Part shown: positions 15,103 to 22,302 of the stretch, one piece after another | How the letters are laid out: each line of letters opens with the position of its first letter | How positions within the stretch are numbered: position 1 is the first letter of the stretch | IMG/VR virus record: IMGVR_UViG_3300050499_000085 | DNA: 46,359 bases | Reading direction: 5' to 3' (one strand) | Source: a virus | Position numbers and translations under genes: made by a program | The notes under the pieces: generated by a model | Told to the model about the DNA's origin: nothing | The model's database searches: none | What the model saw: only the letters and a program-made list of their open reading frames with translations

Positions 15103-15599
15103 GCTGGCGATCCAACGGACGGAGGGACGGGCAACGGACGAAGCTCATAGGTTCACCCAAAGCGAGTATGCGTTGGTACTCGACAGCATGACCAACGAAA
15201 CCCAACCGTGGGAGTAGCACGGTCCCCTGTGATGGCCCGCAGGCGGGAAGGTGAAGCGGAGCCGACCCGATGAAGCACTCTTGTACGCAGCGTATCGCGT
15301 GCGTCAGCCCCGGAAGGGGGAGCCCCGACAACGGACAGGCAAAGGCCGTTGGGAGTGCAAAAGGATTCGCGAAAAGTTCGCCAGCAAGGAAGGCGGGCTA
15401 GGTTCTGCCCGCCTCAAACATCGCCAGCGGCGATCTGTCTCTAAAGTCTGCGGCTGTCGTTCTCAATACCTAGTTCCTGGTTTCAATGTCTGCGGTTGGG
15501 TCGTTCGCCTTATTTAAGCGATTGCCTTTGCAGTCTGTCAGCGCATCGGTGAGCTACGACATAGACGCTTGACCACTTGCCTCGCGCGCGGAAGAGTGT

Positions 15600-15629
15600 T
15601 TGACTGATTGGTGCGGGGCACGATAGCTA
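15600..15629 (+). promoter_or_regulatory. Candidate sigma70-type promoter TTGACT-N18-TAGCTA
   Basis: -35 at 15600-15605, -10-like at 15624-15629. Inside the ORF-poor region. Confidence 0.3.
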
Positions 15630-15635
15630 TCCTAG

Positions 15636-15853
15636 CATCTACCCGAGCATCTGCTTCGTTGGCTGTCCAGTCCTAACCCACTGATCCTAAACTCGGGGGC
15701 CCATTTCGACACCCCCCGACTCCCCCTTTAGCGAAAGCGGACCCCCGCTCCCTCCCGTTGCACTGCGCGCATTCAGCTGCACAGCAACACGGCCTTTACA
15801 CTTGCCAAACCACGGAATTGTTGTTGTTTTGCGACTGTGGTTTCTTTTTTTTT
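15636..15853 (+). ncRNA. Candidate ~220-nt C-rich small RNA bounded by the promoter and terminator candidates
   Basis: No credible ORF. Internal hairpins, e.g. TCGGGGG (15693-15699) / CCCCCGA (13-nt loop) and GTTGC...GCAAC at about 15757-15787. Ends in a T9 tract. Confidence 0.25.
15807..15853 (+). terminator. Rho-independent terminator candidate
   Basis: Stem AAACCACGG (15807-15815) / CTGTGGTTT (15835-15843), then C + T9 (15845-15853). Confidence 0.5.
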
Positions 15854-15928
15854 GGGTTGAGTGGTAGGGTGTTGCGCGTTCTGCAACAGGGTATTAGGAT
15901 GCAGTGCAGAACAAGTGTGAAGAAAGGG

Positions 15929-16035
15929 GCTCCGGTGGTTGCAAGGGTGGTAGCACGCTGCCGAGGTGGATGGCCTGCTGAGGTGGTGGGATTAGGGAGG
16001 CGGCGGAGGTGCCGGTTCGAATCCGGCCTGGGGCT
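15929..16035 (+). ncRNA. tRNA-like element: degenerate phage tRNA, an att-type tRNA 3' fragment, or a tRNA-like module of a larger RNA
   Basis: Canonical T-arm GCCGG-TTCGAAT-CCGGC (16011-16027). A 7-bp acceptor pairing is possible, GCTCCGG (15929-15935) with CTGGGGC (16028-16034). U8 and a GGGTGGTAGCAC D-arm-like segment are present. No anticodon stem folds, and 107 nt is too long for a tRNA. Confidence 0.35.
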
Positions 16036-16248
16036 TCGGTGTTGGGGTTGTTTGTCGGGGTGGAATTATCTCCAAGGGGGTTGTTCTTGACGTTGACTTC
16101 GTTAGCTGAAGACTACAGTCACTGGCGGGTCGTTAAACAGCAGTCCTGTGGTAATGAGACAGGGGAGGTTGGCTGAAGGCGTTGCGGGAAGGCTTTTTTG
16201 CAAAATGAATGTGAAGTAAGCTGATGCGCATGTCGGCTGGGGGGTGGG

Positions 16249-16530
16249 ATGGCGGCTGAGGGCGTATCGGTTGGGCGCTTGTTGTGGCACTGGCTGGAGC
16301 ACAAGGCTGGTTGGTATCGTGAGCGCACGGAGTATCGGTGGTCCAACGGGGATTTGCTGCTGCGGGAGGTGTGCGAGCAGTGTGGGTCGAAGAAGCAGGC
16401 GGTGCTCGTGTACTTTGGTCGAAGGATTAGGGAGAGCACATGGATGCCGATAGAGGGCGCGTCTCCCGAGGTGGCCTATTACGTGTGGGAGGGTTTGCAG
16501 CAGAAGAGGCGGCTGTTGTCGGATAATTGA
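16249..16530 (+). CDS. Hypothetical protein, 93 aa
   Basis: GGGGGGTGGG before the ATG. Stop overlaps the next start. Confidence 0.5.
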   Translation: MAAEGVSVGRLLWHWLEHKAGWYRERTEYRWSNGDLLLREVCEQCGSKKQAVLVYFGRRIRESTWMPIEGASPEVAYYVWEGLQQKRRLLSDN

Positions 16531-16727
16531 GGTGGATTGTTACCGTAGTGAACCGTTTGGTTAGCCGGGGGGCTGATATGGGAATCTTCGCGTTGATCTT
16601 GCTGGTGGCCTCTGTTGTGGTGTTCTTGCTGGCGACGGCGTGGATACCGGGGCCGCCGCGTCCGAATCTGATTGCGTTGGGTCTGGCGCTGTACACATTG
16701 CATGTGCTTGTGCAGAAAGCCATGTGA
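16527..16727 (+). CDS. Two-TM small membrane protein, 66 aa (holin-like topology, speculative)
   Basis: Helices GIFALILLVASVVVFLLATAW and LIALGLALYTLHVLV. TGATG overlap with the next gene. Confidence 0.55.
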   Translation: MRWIVTVVNRLVSRGADMGIFALILLVASVVVFLLATAWIPGPPRPNLIALGLALYTLHVLVQKAM

Positions 16728-17884
16728 TGGAACTCACATACACCGATTCTGCCGGTTTGCAGACAGCGGTTTCCGATATTGCCAACTTCAGTGCGGTAGA
16801 GAGCGAGTCTGCGGTTCCCCCGCCGATCTCGATCAAGGTATTGGACGTGACGGACGCGCCGTACAACGTGCGCGAGAATGGGGAGGCGGGCGAGAACGGG
16901 GCGGGGCTTGCGGCCTGTTACCGGGATGCGAGGGCGCAAGGGGCGCAGGTGGAGATACCGCCGGGGCGCTATGTCTATTCGGGCACCTTGATTCACGATT
17001 CGATTACGGTGTTCAACGACGGCGAGTTGGTGGGGGTAGATGCCGACAGCGGCTATTGCATGAAGGGGGCCGATCCGAGGCTGGTCGGGGGTGTGCTCGC
17101 GCACGAGGGTTTGACGGTTCGCGGCTCGCAGATGAACCATCACGGCATTGGTTTGTACGACCAGACCGGCACCTTTGAGATCATCGATGTGACGGTGCGC
17201 AATCCGGCGGCGGCTGGGATATGCATTTGGGATGGGCGCAACGGGCGCATCCTGGGCTGCACGGTCGAGGACTGTCTGGCCGACGGCATGCATCACGTTT
17301 CCAGCGGCGACGGGGTGAGCGGTCATATCTACGAGCGCGGCAACACGGTGCGCCGCTGCGGGGACGACTGTTTGAGTTTCGTGACCTACATGATCAACGC
17401 CAACGTCGTGCACGATGTCGATGTGTACAACTTCCGGGGCGAGGACAACACTTGGGGGCGCGGCATTACGATTCAGGGTGCGGAGCGCATCAACATTTGG
17501 ACTGCGCAGCTGAACCGGATCAAGTGTTTCGGGATTTATTGCGGGATCGAGCAGAATTACGGCACGGTCAGCAAGGCGGTGCTGCACGATGTCAAATTGG
17601 ACGTGTGCGGGCAGTGGTCCTCGGGTGCGGACACGCAGGACGGGGTGTTGATCAGCGGCTGGACCAGCACGACGGTATGCGAGTTGCACGATGTGGTGAT
17701 CTCGCGCCCGATGCGTCACGGTGTTTTGCGCTATCACGAGAGCGGCAACACGTTTGTCGCGGACAACGTGATCTACCACGAGATTGCGGGGCAGGAAGTG
17801 TACAACGTGCCCTCTGGCAAGGAGCACGAGCCCTACGTTTATCCGGCGCGATTTGCGCGGTTTGTCGGGCCGCGCGGGGAGTAG
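16727..17884 (+). CDS. Right-handed beta-helix (pectate-lyase-3-like) polysaccharide depolymerase, 385 aa
   Basis: N-terminal LDVTDAPYNVRENGEAGENGAGLAACYRDARAQGAQVEIPPGRYVY, then PbH1-type repeats (IIDVTVRN..., ILGCTVEDC..., NTVRRCGDDCL...). Confidence 0.75.
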   Translation: MELTYTDSAGLQTAVSDIANFSAVESESAVPPPISIKVLDVTDAPYNVRENGEAGENGAGLAACYRDARAQGAQVEIPPGRYVYSGTLIHDSITVFNDGELVGVDADSGYCMKGADPRLVGGVLAHEGLTVRGSQMNHHGIGLYDQTGTFEIIDVTVRNPAAAGICIWDGRNGRILGCTVEDCLADGMHHVSSGDGVSGHIYERGNTVRRCGDDCLSFVTYMINANVVHDVDVYNFRGEDNTWGRGITIQGAERINIWTAQLNRIKCFGIYCGIEQNYGTVSKAVLHDVKLDVCGQWSSGADTQDGVLISGWTSTTVCELHDVVISRPMRHGVLRYHESGNTFVADNVIYHEIAGQEVYNVPSGKEHEPYVYPARFARFVGPRGE

Positions 17885-17886
17885 CC

Positions 17887-18030
17887 ATGCCGCTCAAGTC
17901 AGGCAAGAGCAAAAAGGTGGTTTCCGAGAACATCAGGACCGAAATGCGTGCCGGTCGCCCGCAGAAGCAGGCCATTGCCATCGCGTTGTCGAAGGCGGGC
18001 CGCTCCAGGCGCAAGGCGAAGGGGCGCTAG
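17887..18030 (+). CDS. Small conserved basic protein, 47 aa (MPLKSGKSKKVVSENIRTEMRAGRPQKQAIAIALSKAG...)
   Basis: ATG 17887, 2 nt after the upstream stop. This sequence type recurs in phages and bacteria (from memory). Confidence 0.55.
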   Translation: MPLKSGKSKKVVSENIRTEMRAGRPQKQAIAIALSKAGRSRRKAKGR

Positions 18031-18034
18031 GGTC

Positions 18035-18196
18035 GTGGGCCGGGCCTCGGGCAAGAAGAAGCAGCGCCGGATCAAGAAAACGGCGTTGGAGCGCAAGCTT
18101 GAGGAGTTGGGGCTGCAGGACAAGCTGCGCCCGCTGCGCGATGCCGAGAAGCTGGAGGCCATTTCCGGCCTGAGTCGGGCCAAGGGGCAAAAATGA
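18035..18196 (+). CDS. Small basic protein, 53 aa
   Basis: GTG 18035. Stop overlaps the next ATG (ATGA). Confidence 0.35.
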   Translation: MGRASGKKKQRRIKKTALERKLEELGLQDKLRPLRDAEKLEAISGLSRAKGQK

Positions 18197-18387
18197 TCGT
18201 GCTGGCCCTGGAGATATCGGATCGCGGGGCGCCCAGCATCATTTTCTACGAGCGCGACTCGGGCGATGTGCTGCTGCGCAGCTGGTACTACCCGGACGTG
18301 AAGACGGCGCAGGCGATCATCGATCAGATTTACACGGACATACTGGACGGGTCGGTGCTGTTGTCGGGCCCGGCGACGGACAGCTAG
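18193..18387 (+). CDS. Hypothetical protein, 64 aa
   Basis: Track ORF. ATGA coupling. Confidence 0.55.
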   Translation: MIVLALEISDRGAPSIIFYERDSGDVLLRSWYYPDVKTAQAIIDQIYTDILDGSVLLSGPATDS

Positions 18388-18461
18388 GTTTTGGCATTGC
18401 AGGTGTGCTATGTTGAGAGTATCGCAGCGCACAAGCGGGCTTTCTCCGGGGGGAAAGCAGG

Positions 18462-18899
18462 ATGGGCGAGGTTTACTACCCGCCGCGACACCAGATCAAG
18501 ACGCGACTAACGCCATCCGAGTGGCGCTGTATTCAGCTGGCGATAGCTGGGCTTTGCAACAAGCGCATTGGCAGTGCTCTCGGCGTTCAGACCGGGACCG
18601 TCAAGGCGCATCTGTACAACGCGATGACGAAGATTGGATGTCACACGCGCCTGCAGCTGTACAACGCCTTGCGCGAGGGGGTGCCGGAGCATTTGCGGCC
18701 GCGCAACTTAAGCGAGATGCAGCTGAAGGCGGTCAAGATGCTGCGAACCGGCTTGAGCGACGAGCAGGTGGCGCATTTGCTGGGGGTTTGCGTGACGACC
18801 TACAAGGGACGCCTGCAGGCCGCGCGCAACAAGCTGGGCATTTCCTCTCGTGTGGAGTTGCTGCGTCACGTTGACGAGGAGGAGACGTGTATTACGTGA
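18462..18899 (+). CDS. Transcriptional regulator with two tandem LuxR/GerE-type HTH domains, 145 aa
   Basis: LTPSEWRCIQLAIAGLCNKRIGSALGVQTGTVKAHLYNAMTKIG and LSEMQLKAVKMLRTGLSDEQVAHLLGVCVTTYKGRLQAARNKLG both fit the GerE pattern. Confidence 0.8.
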   Translation: MGEVYYPPRHQIKTRLTPSEWRCIQLAIAGLCNKRIGSALGVQTGTVKAHLYNAMTKIGCHTRLQLYNALREGVPEHLRPRNLSEMQLKAVKMLRTGLSDEQVAHLLGVCVTTYKGRLQAARNKLGISSRVELLRHVDEEETCIT

Positions 18900-19129
18900 G
18901 TGTGGGTTGGCGCGAGGACACCGGACGCCAGATTGAAGAGCGCCGCGACGCGGGCGAGAGCCCGGTTGTCGCCGATATCGAGCAGCTGGCCGCCGATTTG
19001 TATCTGATCGTGTCGGCTGGCGTGGATGCGCTGCTCAATCCGCAGACTGACCCGTTGTACGACCCGCTTACCGGCGAGTTGATCCCGCCGCAACAACAGC
19101 AACAACAACAGGAGGCATCATTACCATGA
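18887..19129 (+). CDS. Hypothetical acidic protein, 80 aa, with a Q7 tract
   Basis: GTG after GAGGAGGAG. CAACAACAGCAACAACAACAG encodes QQQQQQQ. Confidence 0.5.
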   Translation: MYYVSVGWREDTGRQIEERRDAGESPVVADIEQLAADLYLIVSAGVDALLNPQTDPLYDPLTGELIPPQQQQQQQEASLP

Positions 19130-19314
19130 CGAAAGACAAGGAAGTGAAGGGAAAAGAGCCACGCGAACCGGCAGACAAGGAGCACGTCACGATGGAGGAC
19201 TCGGCCTACTGGTGCGAGTTGTTCGGCGTTGAACCTGACGGTCTGGAGCACGCGTTGAAGGTAACGGGCAGCGACAACCCGGACGTGTTGCGTCAGTTCA
19301 TTCTAGGGACGTGA
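19126..19314 (+). CDS. DUF3606-like small protein, 62 aa
   Basis: ATGA overlap. SAYWCELFGVEPDGLEHALKVTGSDNPDVLRQFI resembles the DUF3606 pattern. Confidence 0.5.
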   Translation: MTKDKEVKGKEPREPADKEHVTMEDSAYWCELFGVEPDGLEHALKVTGSDNPDVLRQFILGT

Positions 19315-19335
19315 CTTGATGCCGGGGAGGTGCAG

Positions 19336-19647
19336 ATGGAGGGCTCAGATTTTACGAGTCGGATGGAAGAGACGCAGATGGCGCGCAACCTGAACGAGGC
19401 GGCGGCGCGTCAGATGCGCAGCGCGGAGGCACTGCGCGGGTTGGGCCGCGAAGCGGCGCGGCAGCTGGAACGCGAAACGGCGGGGCAGGGCTGCAACTAC
19501 ATGCGGGTGGGGGAGATGCTGGACATCCGCGCGCAGCGTTTGTGCGACAAGCTCGCGCAAGTGCGGCGCTGGCAGGCCGAGTTGCCGGTCGCGGTGCTGG
19601 ACCTGCAGGTAGGCGAGTTGCATCGCCTGCTGGGCGGGTACGATTGA
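19336..19647 (+). CDS. Hypothetical helical protein, 103 aa (GTG 19330 alternative)
   Basis: GGGGAGG RBS 6 nt before ATG 19336. Confidence 0.5.
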   Translation: MEGSDFTSRMEETQMARNLNEAAARQMRSAEALRGLGREAARQLERETAGQGCNYMRVGEMLDIRAQRLCDKLAQVRRWQAELPVAVLDLQVGELHRLLGGYD

Positions 19648-19910
19648 GTGTTGAGCGATGCGGACACGCCGACGAGGATGGGACCAGATGCCGTGAGGAG
19701 GTCTACCGCGATGGCCTTTGCAACAAGCACTGGTTTCGCCGCTACCGTGGCCGCGACATGGACCGCTCGCGCGTGCTCACCGAGGCGCAGATCAAGTACA
19801 TCCAGACCAGTCAGCGCCCGGCGCGGCAGCTGGCGATGCAATTTGGCTGCTCGGCCTCGCGCGTGCGTGCGATCCGGCTGAAGTACCAGAAAGAAAAGCT
19901 GTCGAATTGA
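19644..19910 (+). CDS. Small Cys/His zinc-finger + HTH protein, 88 aa
   Basis: TTG start in TTGA overlap. RCGHADEDGTRCREEVYRDGLCNKHWFRRY, then an HTH-like QRPARQLAMQFGCSASRVRAI. Confidence 0.45.
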   Translation: MSVERCGHADEDGTRCREEVYRDGLCNKHWFRRYRGRDMDRSRVLTEAQIKYIQTSQRPARQLAMQFGCSASRVRAIRLKYQKEKLSN

Positions 19911-20140
19911 AACTTAAGACGTATCCAACGTTGAGCAGCGCGATGGTACGCTGTGCGTTGCATGCGTTTTGCATAATCGAGCAGCGAGACGGCGGTCGTT
20001 ACGCGATTTTGGGCGAGCAGTATGCAACGCGCGCCGCCGCCGATGCGATGCTCTCGCTCATGCAGCGCGCGCATCCGCTGCGCCGCTATTTTGTGAAGGA
20101 CGCAGGGTATAAAATTGCTGCTCCGCCGGGTCTAGGCTAG
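19907..20140 (+). CDS. Hypothetical protein, 77 aa (ATG alternative at about 19943)
   Basis: TTG in TTGA overlap. The upstream part of the track ORF overlaps the previous gene. Confidence 0.4.
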   Translation: MKLKTYPTLSSAMVRCALHAFCIIEQRDGGRYAILGEQYATRAAADAMLSLMQRAHPLRRYFVKDAGYKIAAPPGLG

Positions 20141-20223
20141 CTACCGAACGCGACGTTCTCCCTAATCGTCGCACGGCTCGGCGGTCCGTTTGTTCAAAAG
20201 GGAGGCGCTAAAAGGGAGAAGTC

Positions 20224-21270
20224 ATGCGCTATCTCATCGTGCTGTTGTTCGTTCTCGCATCAAACCTCACAAATTCGCAGGTTTTCGCGCAATCGGCCTG
20301 CACGCCGGAGCAGCTGCGGGATCGCTACAAGCCCATTGTGCCCGCCAAGCAGTTGACCGAGCACACATGGTCGTGCCCGCCGCAGTATGAGTTGGTCAAT
20401 CAGTCGTGCGTGTCGCCGGTCATCCGCGTTGTGGACCAGATCGACAATCTGCGCGGCACCTATCATGCGCGCAACGCCTCTGGGCAGACCCTGATCTATC
20501 AGGACGAGTACGGCTCGCAGTGGCACGTCGAACAACACGACGAGCAGGGCAGGCCAAGTGCGATTCGCCAGCCCGACGCCAGCGTGGTCACGCTGACGTG
20601 GAGCGGGGAAAACATCGCTTCGCGCACCGCCGAGGGCGACAAGGTGCTCTATTCGCTCTACGACAAATCGGGACTGCCGCGCGGGCTGGAAGTTCAGGGC
20701 ATCGGCTGGATGTTCGCCTCGCCGCTCAAGCAGGGCGGGCTTGATTGGAGTCATATCGAGAGCAGCGGCGGGGCCGGGACGTTCGTCATGGACTTCGGTG
20801 GCCTGACGGCGGGCTTGCCCACGCCCCCGCCCTCGGTCAGCACGATGGGCGCGGCTGCCACGCCGGTGCCGTTGCGCCTGTTCGTGTTTTCGTTTCCGGT
20901 CGTCAATCTGCCGCCGGTGGTGGCTATCGGCATGGCCGGGGCGGGCGGCTTGTACGTGGGCAGCGCGATCTATCCGTTGATCGAACCGGCGCTCTCGCCG
21001 ATCATCGATGCGTGCGCGGCGGCGGTGGACAGCGGGCGCGAGTGCCGCAAGGCGGCTAACGCGCTGCTCAATACCGAGTTGGCGGCGTGCAAAGAGGCGC
21101 GCTCCAGGGAGTTCAAGCAATGGCTGGAGTCGGACAAGCAGCGCCCGGCGGGCCAGCCGCGCGATCAGGCGTGGCTGGATCGGATCAACAAGGCATTCGG
21201 CGACTGTAATGCGGCGGCGTTCAAGAAATTCAGCGCGGCCATTGCCGAATGCTTCAAAGCCCAGGAGTGA
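20224..21270 (+). CDS. Secreted protein, 348 aa, with YD/Rhs-like repeats, a hydrophobic segment and a helical Cys-containing C-terminus
   Basis: Signal peptide MRYLIVLLFVLASNLTNSQVFA. YQDEYGSQ / HDEQGRPSAI / YSLYDKSGLPRG YD-like repeats. TM-like VVAIGMAGAGGLYVGSAIYPLI. AAGGGAGAAG RBS. Confidence 0.65.
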   Translation: MRYLIVLLFVLASNLTNSQVFAQSACTPEQLRDRYKPIVPAKQLTEHTWSCPPQYELVNQSCVSPVIRVVDQIDNLRGTYHARNASGQTLIYQDEYGSQWHVEQHDEQGRPSAIRQPDASVVTLTWSGENIASRTAEGDKVLYSLYDKSGLPRGLEVQGIGWMFASPLKQGGLDWSHIESSGGAGTFVMDFGGLTAGLPTPPPSVSTMGAAATPVPLRLFVFSFPVVNLPPVVAIGMAGAGGLYVGSAIYPLIEPALSPIIDACAAAVDSGRECRKAANALLNTELAACKEARSREFKQWLESDKQRPAGQPRDQAWLDRINKAFGDCNAAAFKKFSAAIAECFKAQE

Positions 21271-21282
21271 GCCAGGAGTGAG
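21261..21282. repeat. 11-bp x 2 tandem duplication CCAGGAGTGAG at a gene junction
   Basis: The first copy holds the stop TGA (21268-21270). The second supplies the RBS for ATG 21285. Confidence 0.85.
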
Positions 21283-21284
21283 CC

Positions 21285-21524
21285 ATGATCACAGTCGAAC
21301 AGAGTGAGCAGCTGAAGGCGCAGTACATGGAGAACTTCGCGTTCAACGCGATGCAGGGGTGGGCCAGTGCCAGCGGGTTGTGCAAGGACTTGCAGGAAAT
21401 CCTCGACCGCTATTTTGCCGATCCGGCGATGACGCGCGAGCAGTTGAGCAAGGAAGTCGCCGATGCGTGCTTGGGGTGGGGCGAGTCGTGGAAGAAGCTC
21501 GACTTCGAAGACAAGGAGGGCTGA
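21285..21524 (+). CDS. Hypothetical acidic protein, 79 aa
   Basis: AGGAG RBS. Stop overlaps the next ATG. Confidence 0.55.
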   Translation: MITVEQSEQLKAQYMENFAFNAMQGWASASGLCKDLQEILDRYFADPAMTREQLSKEVADACLGWGESWKKLDFEDKEG

Positions 21525-21835
21525 TGGACACGCAGGCCGTGTCAGATTCCATCAACGTGTGCCTGAGCCATCTGTCCACTATGCGCAGCGAGTTGGAACA
21601 GCTTATTCTGCGGGCGATTGCGGGCGAGTTGGACCCCGATCAGCTGCTGCGGGAAGTGGCGAGCACGCAGACCTCGCGGGTACTGATGCAGCTGGCGGCG
21701 CAGCAGATCGATACGATGGTGTCCGAGAACCTGAAGCTGGAGACGATGATCGCGCACTACGCGAGCGGCTGGAGCCGCGAAGAACTCAAGCGGCAGTACG
21801 ACGCCAGCAACGGCGCGCGCAAGGAGAGCGCATGA
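21524..21835 (+). CDS. Hypothetical helical protein, 103 aa
   Basis: ATG 21524 in TGATG overlap. Confidence 0.55.
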   Translation: MDTQAVSDSINVCLSHLSTMRSELEQLILRAIAGELDPDQLLREVASTQTSRVLMQLAAQQIDTMVSENLKLETMIAHYASGWSREELKRQYDASNGARKESA

Positions 21836-22041
21836 ACGAGGGCGATTCCATCGAGGCGTTGCAATCCAAGATCGGCCAGCTGCAGGCGATGCTCGATGTC
21901 ATGGCGCAGCGCGCGAGCAGCGCCATGTTCTGGCAGTTGCTGGTGGAGACGTATCTGGACGGCGGATTGTCGGAGGAGGAGATGCGGGCGCGCGTGCTGC
22001 ACTACCGCTACCGGCATCCGCAATCCAGTACGCGCCAATGA
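21832..22041 (+). CDS. Hypothetical helical protein, 69 aa
   Basis: ATGA overlap at 21832. Confidence 0.55.
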   Translation: MNEGDSIEALQSKIGQLQAMLDVMAQRASSAMFWQLLVETYLDGGLSEEEMRARVLHYRYRHPQSSTRQ

Positions 22042-22065
22042 GGACCGAGTGAGGACCGAGTGAGC
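22040..22065. repeat. 11-bp x 2.4 tandem duplication GAGGACCGAGT at a gene junction
   Basis: Copies at 22040-22050 and 22051-22061, plus GAGC. Spans the stop at 22039-22041 and GTG 22060. Confidence 0.85.
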
Positions 22066-22302
22066 GGCGGCGACGCGCTGGTGCAGATCGGGCTGGGGCT
22101 CACCCTGCTCGGCGCCTACGTGCTGTTCGTGCTGTGGGCGCGGCGCGAGTGGTTGCATGCGGAGCCCAGCAACCGCCCGGAGCAGTGGCGCTTTCCACCG
22201 CCGCAGGAGGAAGCGGCGCCGCAGGAGCCGCCGCCCAAACGGCGCTGCCGACGCCGCCGGGTGCGAAACCGCCCGCGCCGGGCCATCGTGGTCGTGACGT
22301 GA
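22060..22302 (+). CDS. Small membrane protein, 80 aa, with an Arg/Pro-rich tail
   Basis: GTG start. TM helix ALVQIGLGLTLLGAYVLFVLWA. GTGA overlap with the terminase start. Confidence 0.45.
   Translation: MSGGDALVQIGLGLTLLGAYVLFVLWARREWLHAEPSNRPEQWRFPPPQEEAAPQEPPPKRRCRRRRVRNRPRRAIVVVT

Noticed and set aside
14990-15217. 75-aa ORF whose tail (LAIQRTEGRATDEAHRFTQSEYALVLDSMTNETQPWE) looks protein-like. I considered a frameshift extension of the 56-aa gene.
   Set aside because: I could identify no slippery site or canonical start. Its 5' half overlaps 14932-15102 out of frame. The evidence is too weak to call.
15960-16035. Canonical 76-nt tRNA (tRNA-Leu-like 5' end GCCGAGGTGG).
   Set aside because: The acceptor pairs at only 5 of 7 positions, and no D-stem or anticodon stem can be drawn. 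It is reported only as a tRNA-like element.
15251-16090. Track ORFs 15251-15517 (88 aa) and 15758-16090 (110 aa) as genes.
   Set aside because: There is no RBS. The composition is Arg/Cys-rich or poly-Phe (reading through the T9 terminator tract and the tRNA-like element). They are treated as non-coding.
16087-16125. Promoter TTGACT...TACAGT upstream of the 93-aa gene.
   Set aside because: The spacer is only 15 nt and the alternative registers give poor -10 hexamers. It is not reported as a feature.
19542-20140. Long versions of track ORFs 19542-19910 and 19718-20140.
   Set aside because: Their 5' portions overlap upstream genes and are Arg/Ala-rich. Shorter versions starting at TTG codons in TTGA overlaps are preferred, though with modest confidence.
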